The notes below the pieces were generated by a model. It searched no databases, was not told the DNA's origin, and worked only from the letters and a program-made list of their open reading frames with translations. Position numbers and translations under genes: made by a program. From Planctomycetota bacterium (lineage in GTDB: Bacteria > Planctomycetota > Phycisphaerae > Phycisphaerales > UBA1924), in contig JBCCQU010000001.1 in assembly GCA_039208875.1 (NCBI GenBank), positions 1 to 23,815 on the forward strand: DNA of 23,815 nucleotides, written 5' to 3'. The first letter of the stretch is position 1, and every line of letters starts with the position of its first letter. Shown in pieces: positions 8,977 through 16,389 of this stretch.

Positions 8977-11379
8977 TCAGATCAGCTTGATGAGTCTCCG
9001 TCCGATCCATTCCGTCGCCAGCAGCACGAACGTCAGCAGCAGCACGATCGGCTTGTCCCACAGCGGTTCGACGGTCGGGGCTGCGTCGATGATGAGTTCG
9101 CGATTCGGCAGCCGGGCCGGCAGATTGGCAAGGTCGGCCACCGGCACCACCTCGCCATCGGTGCGGGCAGCCAGCGAGGCCAGCAGAGCATGGTCCGCCT
9201 CGGGCCGGCGCAGTTCCTCGTCCGGCAGCGCCACCTCGACCGCCGCGGTCACATCGCCGGCCGGCAGCAGCGGATCGCTCGCGGTCAGCACATAGCTCCC
9301 AGCCGCTGCGGGCAGCCATGTCGTCGCGTAGCTGCCGGTGTCGTCGCTCGTATCCGTGCGCACGAGCGTGAGCTGCGTCACCGCGTCCGGCTCATTCGGA
9401 TCGTTCACCGTCACCTCGATGGTGCCCGGCGCGACATCGATCAGCGATTGATCCACGAGCCGCAGCGTGACTTGCACCGGCTGATCGATGACAGCCCGTG
9501 TCGGGGCGGCTTCCAGCACAGCAGCCTTGCCCGTGCGCGCAAGACTGCCACGCCCGGCCAATCGCACGAGCGGCAGCCAGAAGCGTTCCGGCAGCGCCTC
9601 GCCGCGGCCGTAGCGCCAGCGCCAGATCTCATCCGTCGCGACGTAGATGCTGCGACCCGAGCCGTAGCGCATGGTCAGCACCGCGGGCGTTGCCGAGTCA
9701 ATGGCTGCGGGATTGTCGCCCGGTCGCCACGTGCCCTCGGGTATCGCCGACGCCAGCGTTTCCGCCGCCGGCTTGAGCCGATCGGGATCAACGCGTTGCA
9801 CGCCACGCAGTCGGCTCCAGCCGGTTGCCGGGTCGAGCAATCGCTCGGGCCAAGGCTGGTCGGCTGTCTCACCCAGCCGCAGCACGCCGAGACGATCGGC
9901 GGCGTCCGTGCGCGCGAGCGTGATGGCGCCGTTCCAACTCGGCAGCCCGGGCGAGCCATCGATGCCGCGGGCTGTGAACGGCAACAAATCGGCGAGCGGC
10001 GTGCCGGCGAAGGTCGCGGGTGTCGAGGCCGGCCCGCCGATCCACACCAGGCCGGCTCCGCGATCCGCGACGTGCGCGCGCAGTTGCTCGAGCTGCTCCA
10101 GCCCGAAAAGTTCAGCCCGCACATCACCGAGCACGATCACGTCAAACTCGGCCCACTCTTCGGGCGAACGCGGCAGCCTCGCCACCGCAACATCGCCCTC
10201 TTGGATGTAGCTGCGGTTGGGCGCGAGCAGCAGCGACGACGACCGCACGCTCGACTCGCGCAGCAGGATGTTCTTGAGATAGCGGTACGTCCAACGCGGA
10301 TAGCCATCGACATACAGCACACGCAGCGGCTGATCGACGATGTCGAGCTCGAACGGCTTGCTGTTGTTGGATTCGATCAGATCCGTGCGCGCGGTGACCA
10401 CACGCACTGCCCATGTCGCGCCCTGCTCGGCGTCGGTCGGCTGCGTCAGCAGCGTGATCGCTTCGTCCGCTGTGCGCACGACTTGGTCGTCCAGCACGAT
10501 GCCGGTCGAGGTATCGACAAGCTCGACGCGCACGCCCTCAGCCATCATCGCGGCGACGGCGTCTTCGTCGCCGAGTGTGCCGAGCGAAACCGAGATCGGC
10601 ACGACGTCATCGACGAACACCGCCGGCGGCGCATCGACCGAAGCCACGGCGAGATCGGGCGGCGCGGTCGGGCTGCCCAGCGGCACCGGATACACGCCGA
10701 TGCCCTCTGCCTGCAGCCGCTGCAGCGTTTCGCGGCTCGGCTCCGCTGCCGATCGACCATCGGTCAGCAGCACGAATCCCGACACGGGCCGCGCTGCAAC
10801 GCGACGGAACGCCTGCGCGAGCGACGCGTTGAGGTCGGTCCGCAGGCCGTCAGCGTCACCGAGATCGAGCCGGACGGACTGCGAGGATGCGCTCTCGTCG
10901 AGCGGGCCCGCGAGTTCGAACACGCCGCTATCGAAGCCGAGCCACAGCACGTTGCGTTCGCTGGCTGCCTGTCGCCACGCCGGCCACGATGCGCGCACGG
11001 CCTCGCGCAGTTGTTCATCACGGCTCACGCGCGCATCGGCATCGAACGAGCCGCTGGCATCGGGGATGGACATCGACGCGGAGCGGTCGGCCAGCACCAC
11101 GATCCAGTCGCGCTCGGTGCGTTGGTTGTCCTGCACGAGCTGCGGCCCGAGCGCGAGCGCGAGCAACGCAAGAATCGTCAGCGTGCGCACGCCGGCGAGC
11201 GCGATGCGCGGCTCGCGCGCACCTTCGAGCCTGCGATACGTCGCCCAAGCCGCGAGCGAGGCGATGATGCCGAGCACGATCCACACCGCGGGTGATAGCG
11301 GCGTGGCCCAGTCGAGCCGGGCCGGGCCGTCCGCGTCGAAGCGTTCAACGCCGAAGAGCTGATAGAGCAGTTCGGTCAT
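8977..11379 (-). CDS. BatA/BatB-like membrane protein with a VWA (MIDAS DxSxS) domain and a class-I glutamine-amidotransferase-like (DUF4159-like) domain
   Basis: The ATG at 11379 overlaps the upstream TGA (ATGA). N-terminal TM helices (AVWIVLGIIASLAAWATY; TLTILALLALALGP) are followed by DWIVVLADRSASMS (MIDAS). ...LRVLYVDGYPRWTYRYLKNILLRE...FDVIVLGDV...GAGLVWIGG resembles the GATase1-like module of Bat-type proteins. There is a C-terminal TM anchor (IVLLLTFVLLATEWIG). Confidence 0.65.
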   Translation of the reverse strand: MTELLYQLFGVERFDADGPARLDWATPLSPAVWIVLGIIASLAAWATYRRLEGAREPRIALAGVRTLTILALLALALGPQLVQDNQRTERDWIVVLADRSASMSIPDASGSFDADARVSRDEQLREAVRASWPAWRQAASERNVLWLGFDSGVFELAGPLDESASSQSVRLDLGDADGLRTDLNASLAQAFRRVAARPVSGFVLLTDGRSAAEPSRETLQRLQAEGIGVYPVPLGSPTAPPDLAVASVDAPPAVFVDDVVPISVSLGTLGDEDAVAAMMAEGVRVELVDTSTGIVLDDQVVRTADEAITLLTQPTDAEQGATWAVRVVTARTDLIESNNSKPFELDIVDQPLRVLYVDGYPRWTYRYLKNILLRESSVRSSSLLLAPNRSYIQEGDVAVARLPRSPEEWAEFDVIVLGDVRAELFGLEQLEQLRAHVADRGAGLVWIGGPASTPATFAGTPLADLLPFTARGIDGSPGLPSWNGAITLARTDAADRLGVLRLGETADQPWPERLLDPATGWSRLRGVQRVDPDRLKPAAETLASAIPEGTWRPGDNPAAIDSATPAVLTMRYGSGRSIYVATDEIWRWRYGRGEALPERFWLPLVRLAGRGSLARTGKAAVLEAAPTRAVIDQPVQVTLRLVDQSLIDVAPGTIEVTVNDPNEPDAVTQLTLVRTDTSDDTGSYATTWLPAAAGSYVLTASDPLLPAGDVTAAVEVALPDEELRRPEADHALLASLAARTDGEVVPVADLANLPARLPNRELIIDAAPTVEPLWDKPIVLLLTFVLLATEWIGRRLIKLI

Positions 11380-13643
11380 GCAGCGATCCCCGGCGTGCTG
11401 TCGCTCGATGTCTTGGCGTGGCTGAAGAAGCGGGCGAGGATCATCTCGATCGCAGCGAAGGCGAGCGCCGCGGCGAAGAGCACAGCGGACAGCCCCGCGC
11501 CGGCGCCATCGCCGAGCCCGGCTTCGAGCGTCGAGCTTCGGTCGCCGCCTGTGCGCGTGCGATTCGTTGTTGTGTCATCGAGCCAGATGGGGCTCGCGCC
11601 CGCGAAGGCTGAGGTAAGCCATGCCTCGACGCTGTCGCGAGGTTGCGTGGTGGTGTCGCTGCCGCGGGTATCGGGATTGATCGCGATGGCTGCCGTGCGT
11701 CGGCCTCGCTCGTCCTCGATGGCGTACGCCGCGGCATCGCGGATCGGTTCGGTCGTGGTCGCATCGAGCACCGCACCGGCGTCGGTTTCGTCGAGCCGGC
11801 GGAGCGTCGCTGCGTTGGGTGGCAGGGTCGGCGCGTTGCCCGCGATGATCGATGCCACGCCGGCGGAGACACCCGCACCCTGCCGCGTGAGCTCTTGCAA
11901 CAGCGGCACGACGAGCGGCGTCGCGGGCAGGTTCGACCAATCGACATCGAGCGCGACCGAGCTCGTGATGAGCAGGCCCCCGGTGCGAGATGTGCCGGTC
12001 GATGCGCGCACGGCGGTGAGCAGTGGCTGGCCGTCGCTTGTCGCAAGCAGTATTTTGACAGGTTGGCCTTGCGCAGCGGTGATCGGCAGCCGGCGCGCGA
12101 TGGTGACGGGCCGCGCGAGTTCGCTGAGCTCTGCGCGGATCAGCCCGAGCAGGTCGTCACCGGTTGTCGGTTGTTCGATGCCGATGGTGAGGCTTTCGAC
12201 ATCCTCGGCTTCGCTGGCGATCTCGATCGGCGGCTCGCTGTCGAAGGCGGCTGCCAGCATGGCGTCGGGCCAGAGGTGCACCGCGATGCCGTTGGGCGGG
12301 AAGACGATGACGAGGCCGCCGCGGCTGAGCATCTCGGCGACGCGCGACCAGCCGGCAGCGGAGACTTGATCGGGGCGTGTGATGATGAGTCCGTCGAGCG
12401 TGGCGAGGTCGGCGGTGTCGAGCGAAGCGGGGTCGAGATCGGTCGTGGTCACCGCACCGATGGGCCGACCGAAGGCATCCCGATCAGGCCGGAGCGCGAG
12501 CCGCACCCAGTCGGCGCCCTCGTAGCTATCAAGCCGCGGACGCGAGCCGAAGCGGCGAAGGCCCGCGACACCGAGGCGGAGCTCCGGCCGAAGCCGAACG
12601 ACCGCCCGGCGCGTGTTGTCTGCTTCGAGCGCGTCGCGATCGATGGAGGCTTCGAGCACAGCAGCGGGATCGTCGCCGGCGCTGACGAGGTCTGCCGGAT
12701 TGATCGAGAGCGTCGTGCTGGCTTCGGTCTGCCCCGGCTGCCAGCGCACGGTCGCGCGGGCTTCGCTCGCTCGGCCCAGCACGCGCACACGCACGGTTGT
12801 TGTCGCCGCTTCGCTTTCACCGGAGCGTGCAAGCGCGATGCGCACAGCCGTTGCACTATCCGCGATCGGCCCCGCGCCGGGATCATCGCCCGAGCCGGTG
12901 AGCAGCAGGTCGCGGAGCGGGCGCACATCGGTGATGGCGACGTTGCCGACGTCGGCATCGGGCGGAGCGATGGCAACAAGCGATGTCGGCGGCGACGGCG
13001 GCGGCGTGACCGGTGTGCCGGCTTCGACTGAGCCGCTGCGCGATTCGCTGAGCCACGCGACCATCGCTCGGCCCTCGCCGGGCTCGGGGAGATGATCGGT
13101 GAGCAGCGCGACAGCAGAGGCCGGCGACGTGCGCGCAACGGTTGGCTCCAGCGTTTGCAGCACGCGACGCACGGCGGCGAGATCGCCCGACGGCGGCAGC
13201 ACCACAGCCGAGGCCGGCTCCGACAAGGTGACGACCGCAGCCCGGTCGCCGCGATCTTCGTTGAGTTCTTCGAGCAACTCGATCGCGCGCTCGCGATTGG
13301 CTGCGAATGCCGAGGCTTCGCCGACCTGCACGCCGGAGGTCAGGCTGTCGTCGAGCATCAGGAACAGCGTGACCGGCGCCGACCCTGAGACGCCCGCAGC
13401 GGCGCCGAGCAACGGTCGGCCGAGCGCGAGCGCGAGGAAAAGAACCACCAGGCAGCGTGCGGTGAGCAGGATGATCTGCTCGAGCGTGACGCGCCTTTGT
13501 TGGCGGCGATAAGCCTCCATCAGGAAGCGCATCGCGGCCCAACGCACGGGCTGACGACGCCGGCGCATGAGGAGGTGGATGATGATCGGCAAAGCCACGG
13601 CCAGCAGTCCCGCAGCCAGCAACGCCGGGTTGACAAAGCTCAC
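11376..13643 (-). CDS. aerotolerance-regulator N-terminal (BatA_N / TIGR02226 double-transmembrane) domain protein with a VWA-like region and a C-terminal TM anchor
   Basis: GTG start at 13643, 33 nt after the DUF58 stop. The N-terminus MSFVNPALLAAGLLAVALPIIIHLLMRRRRQP...LLTARCLVVLFLALALGRP is the canonical BatA_N double-TM motif. It is followed by TLFLMLDDSLTSG (VWA-like) and ends with the TM anchor LSAVLFAAALAFAAIEMIL. Confidence 0.75.
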   Translation of the reverse strand: MSFVNPALLAAGLLAVALPIIIHLLMRRRRQPVRWAAMRFLMEAYRRQQRRVTLEQIILLTARCLVVLFLALALGRPLLGAAAGVSGSAPVTLFLMLDDSLTSGVQVGEASAFAANRERAIELLEELNEDRGDRAAVVTLSEPASAVVLPPSGDLAAVRRVLQTLEPTVARTSPASAVALLTDHLPEPGEGRAMVAWLSESRSGSVEAGTPVTPPPSPPTSLVAIAPPDADVGNVAITDVRPLRDLLLTGSGDDPGAGPIADSATAVRIALARSGESEAATTTVRVRVLGRASEARATVRWQPGQTEASTTLSINPADLVSAGDDPAAVLEASIDRDALEADNTRRAVVRLRPELRLGVAGLRRFGSRPRLDSYEGADWVRLALRPDRDAFGRPIGAVTTTDLDPASLDTADLATLDGLIITRPDQVSAAGWSRVAEMLSRGGLVIVFPPNGIAVHLWPDAMLAAAFDSEPPIEIASEAEDVESLTIGIEQPTTGDDLLGLIRAELSELARPVTIARRLPITAAQGQPVKILLATSDGQPLLTAVRASTGTSRTGGLLITSSVALDVDWSNLPATPLVVPLLQELTRQGAGVSAGVASIIAGNAPTLPPNAATLRRLDETDAGAVLDATTTEPIRDAAAYAIEDERGRRTAAIAINPDTRGSDTTTQPRDSVEAWLTSAFAGASPIWLDDTTTNRTRTGGDRSSTLEAGLGDGAGAGLSAVLFAAALAFAAIEMILARFFSHAKTSSDSTPGIAA

Positions 13644-13676
13644 GCCCGGCCCCCGATCGGTTCGCAGCGCGGTGCA

Positions 13677-14738
13677 TCAGCCATACTTGCTCCGCTTGAT
13701 CTGGGCGTTGCGGCGGGCGACGAACGACGCGAGCGGCGGGCCCAGCCAGTCGTACGTATCAACGAGCTGGTAGTCGAAGCCGAAGCGTCGCATGATGCGT
13801 TCGACTTCTTCGCGGTGGTTCTCAAACGCTTCGAGATATGCGGAGCGAACGCTGCGTGGGTCGAGCCGGATGGCTTCTTCGCCCTCGAGCCCAACGAACG
13901 GCGCAGCCTCGCGCAGATTGAACGTGCGCTCGGCGTGGTCGACGACCTGGAAGGCCATGAGATCGTGGCCGCGGTGCCGCACGCGCGCGACGGCTGCGCG
14001 GATGCGCTCCGGGTCGTCGTAGAAGTCACTGATCAGCACGAGAAGGCAGCGGTTGTTGACGTTGGCGAGCGCTTGATCGACCGCTCGGCCCATGTCGGTC
14101 GGCTTATCGACCGGGTGCGTCGCGAGTGCGCCGACGATCTGTCGCCACGTTGCGTTGGCGCCGGAGCGTCGCACAGCAGCGCGGATCTCGTCGGCGAACA
14201 CATACAGCCCGGCGCGGTCGCCCTGCCGAAGCGTGATGTACGCGAGTGCTGCTGCGAATCCTGTCGCGTGGTCGAACTTGCTCCAGTACGTGCGGCCGTC
14301 GCGGCTGGCCTTGCGGCCCGCGCCAGATGCCTCGGAAAACGATCGGCTGCCGTAGTCCATCGAGCCGGAGGAATCGACGAGCACGATGAGGTCGAGGTTG
14401 GTCTCTTGCTGGTACTGCTTGAGGTGCAGCTTGTCGGAGCGTGCGAAGACCTTCCAATCGAGGTGGCGGATGTCGTCGCCCGCGACGTACGGCCGGTGCT
14501 GGGCAAACTCGACGCTGAAGCCCTGGTACGGCGAGCGGTGCTGGCCGGTGTTGATGCCCTCGACGATCATCTTTGCGCGCAGCTCAAACGTCTTGAGCCG
14601 GCTGAGCGTCTGCGGGTGCAGATAGAGCGAGGCGTCTTCTTCCGGCGGCAGCACGCGGTTGCTGTCGGCACGGCCACCCGCTTGGCCACCCGCTTGGCCC
14701 CCGGGGTTGGTCACGGATTTGGGGTCGGGCTCGGGCAT
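13677..14738 (-). CDS. DUF58 family protein (MoxR-associated VWA-like partner)
   Basis: ATG at 14738. ...LKTFELRAKMIVEGINTGQHRSPYQGFSVEFAQHRPYVAGDDIRHLDWKVFARSDKLHLKQYQQE...IVLVDSSGSMDYG... matches the DUF58 core (HRSxxxGxSxEFxxxRxYxxGDDxRxIDW) plus a VWA-like DxSxS. Confidence 0.8.
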   Translation of the reverse strand: MPEPDPKSVTNPGGQAGGQAGGRADSNRVLPPEEDASLYLHPQTLSRLKTFELRAKMIVEGINTGQHRSPYQGFSVEFAQHRPYVAGDDIRHLDWKVFARSDKLHLKQYQQETNLDLIVLVDSSGSMDYGSRSFSEASGAGRKASRDGRTYWSKFDHATGFAAALAYITLRQGDRAGLYVFADEIRAAVRRSGANATWRQIVGALATHPVDKPTDMGRAVDQALANVNNRCLLVLISDFYDDPERIRAAVARVRHRGHDLMAFQVVDHAERTFNLREAAPFVGLEGEEAIRLDPRSVRSAYLEAFENHREEVERIMRRFGFDYQLVDTYDWLGPPLASFVARRNAQIKRSKYG

Positions 14739-14783
14739 GCTGTGATGGTACCGGCCGCAGCGGAACGGTTGCGGCTAAGACAA

Positions 14784-14811
14784 CAGCCCGGTCCGCGACG
14801 GGGCCGGGCTG
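14784..14811 (-). terminator. candidate intrinsic terminator downstream of the EF-hand gene
   Basis: Perfect 8-bp GC-rich stem cagcccgg/ccgggctg with a 12-nt loop. On the minus strand it is followed by TTGTCTT, only moderately U-rich. It sits in the 142-bp gap between the EF-hand stop and the DUF58 start. Confidence 0.3.
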
Positions 14812-14880
14812 CCGTCAGGCGCCGGGGTCAGCGTCCCGGCGGGGGTTGGGGTCTGGGAGGTTGCTGGCGGGTGGATTCGT

Positions 14881-15900
14881 TCAGACTTCGCCGGCCGGGG
14901 TGCCGCGTTGCCTTCGCTCGCCACGCTCGCCACGGGGCTTGCGGTCGCCGCGTTCGAACTTCTGCCCCCGCTCGCCACGCTTGCCCTTCTGGCCGCGGTC
15001 ACGTTCGCCGGCACCCATGAGCACGCGACTGATCATCTGCGGCGGCAGATCGGCGATGCGGAAATCGTCCTTGTTCTCAAGGAACAACGCCCAGTCGCTG
15101 GCATCGATGTTGCCGTCGCCGTTGAAGTCCGCGGCGTCATCGCCAGCACCGAACGCTTTGGTCGCGGCTGCGATCTCGTTGGCGTCGAAACTGCCGTTGA
15201 AATCGGCGTCGAACGAGCCGATCTTGGCGGAGAGCTTGAGCCGCGGCTTGAAAGCCTCGAACGCAGCCTTGCGCTCTGCGTTCGAGAGCTTGCCGTCGCC
15301 AGCACTGTCAAACTCGGCGGTGACCGAGGCACGGAGGGCCTCAGCCTGCCCGCGGTAGTAAGTCTTGGACGCTTCGCGTTCTTCGGTGCTCAGGTCGCCG
15401 CTTTCGTCCTTGTCCCAGCGGGCCATGAACGCTGCGCGCATGGCCTGGCTCCGCTCGCGGCGTGCCTCGGCGCTGGCTTGCAACTCGTCTTCGGTCACAG
15501 CCCCGTCGCCGTTGCGATCCTGCTTGGCGATGAACTTCTTGCGGCTTTCGGCTGCACGGGCCTCGAGCTTCTCGCGGGCTGCAGCTTTCTCCGCGTCGCT
15601 GATTTCACCGTCGCCATCGGTATCGAATCGCTTGACCCAGTCGGCTTTGGACTTGCCGCCGCGCTTGCCCTCTTCGCCCTTCTCGGCACGCACGGATCGC
15701 ATGGCTTCGCGGGCGGTTGCACGCTCGGATTCGCTGAGCTGGCCGTCGCCGTCCTTGTCGAACTTCTCGATGATCTTGGCTCGGGCTTCGCCGCCACGCG
15801 ACTGATTGGCGTCCTGCGCTGCCGCGATACCAGTCGAAAGCCCCAGGGCGAGGCCCGTGACTGTGAGAAACGCGGCGGTGCTCGGTGTTGAACGGCGCAT
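14881..15900 (-). CDS. secreted multi-EF-hand calcium-binding protein with an Arg/Gly/Glu-rich C-terminal tail
   Basis: ORF track 14881..16056. I prefer the internal ATG at 15900, giving MRRSTPSTAAFLTVTGLALGLSTGIAAAQD (signal peptide). Six D-x-[DN]-x-D-G loops: DKDGDGQLS, DTDGDGEIS, DRNGDGAVT, DKDESGDLS, DSAGDGKLS, DFNGDGNID. The tail is RDRGQKGKRGERGQKFERGDRKPRGERGERRQRG. Confidence 0.75.
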   Translation of the reverse strand: MRRSTPSTAAFLTVTGLALGLSTGIAAAQDANQSRGGEARAKIIEKFDKDGDGQLSESERATAREAMRSVRAEKGEEGKRGGKSKADWVKRFDTDGDGEISDAEKAAAREKLEARAAESRKKFIAKQDRNGDGAVTEDELQASAEARRERSQAMRAAFMARWDKDESGDLSTEEREASKTYYRGQAEALRASVTAEFDSAGDGKLSNAERKAAFEAFKPRLKLSAKIGSFDADFNGSFDANEIAAATKAFGAGDDAADFNGDGNIDASDWALFLENKDDFRIADLPPQMISRVLMGAGERDRGQKGKRGERGQKFERGDRKPRGERGERRQRGTPAGEV

Positions 15901-16121
15901 GGCGGTGTCCTTTCGCTGTGAGGGCCGCGTGCTGCTGTCAGCTCGGCCCGCTACATGTTGGCTTCGGAGGGTAAACGGCTGCGGAGGCTGCGCATTGCAG
16001 GGAATTCGAGGAACGGCGAAACAGCAACACCGGATGCTCAAGGGGTGTTTGAGCACCCCGCCGCCTCGTGCGCCCGAAACGCGGCCGTCCGCTTCCCCAA
16101 CTACATGGTGACCACTCAGCC

Positions 16122-16128
16122 GAGGAGG
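16122..16128 (+). promoter_or_regulatory. strong Shine-Dalgarno (GAGGAGG) for the TM2-domain gene
   Basis: GAGGAGG lies 8 nt upstream of the ATG at 16137. Most other genes in the window lack an obvious SD. Confidence 0.55.
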
Positions 16129-16136
16129 CGCCTGCT

Positions 16137-16382
16137 ATGGAAACCCCGAAGGATACTGGACTTGCGTATATCTTCTGCCTGCTCGGCTTTATTGGGCTGG
16201 CCGGAGTGCACCGCTTCTACCTCGGCAAGTGGGGGACCGGCATCATCTGGCTGCTGACGGGCGGCCTGTTTCTCATCGGCACGCTCATCGACCTGCTGCT
16301 GATCCCCGGCATCGTGAGGCGGACGAACGCCCGCATGGCCCGCCGCGGCGAGCTGATCGACGCGAACGTGGCCTTCGCGTAG
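16137..16382 (+). CDS. TM2 domain-containing small membrane protein
   Basis: ORF 16068..16382. I prefer the ATG at 16137, which has GAGGAGG 8 nt upstream. METPKDTGLAYIFCLLGFIGLAGVHRFYLGKWGTGIIWLLTGGLFLIGTLIDLLLIPG matches the TM2 pattern (G.HRFYLG...G...LLT.G...IG.LID). Confidence 0.75.
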   Translation: METPKDTGLAYIFCLLGFIGLAGVHRFYLGKWGTGIIWLLTGGLFLIGTLIDLLLIPGIVRRTNARMARRGELIDANVAFA

Positions 16383-16389
16383 GTGATCG

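Noticed and set aside
8044-11295. 1083-aa plus-strand ORF, and many other long ORFs (835..2058-, 2383..3243+, 3122..4351+, 5127..6482+, 6167..7024+, 7341..8918+, 11395..12369+, 11643..13031+, 13497..15020+, 14908..15891+, 17569..18354+, 19354..20640+, 19577..20656-, 20864..21502-)
   Set aside because: All lie antisense to, or out of frame with, genes that have clear family motifs. Their translations are Arg/Ala/Pro-rich low-complexity strings typical of spurious ORFs in GC-rich DNA.
14900-14960. RGD motif in the EF-hand protein tail
   Set aside because: It is a three-residue match in an Arg/Gly/Asp/Glu-rich tail and is expected by chance.
15901-16056. 52-codon N-terminal extension of the EF-hand ORF
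   Set aside because: The internal ATG at 15900 is followed directly by a signal peptide, and the Cys/Pro-rich extension looks non-coding. Similarly, the dnaB extension 18217..18336 was rejected in favour of ATG 18216.
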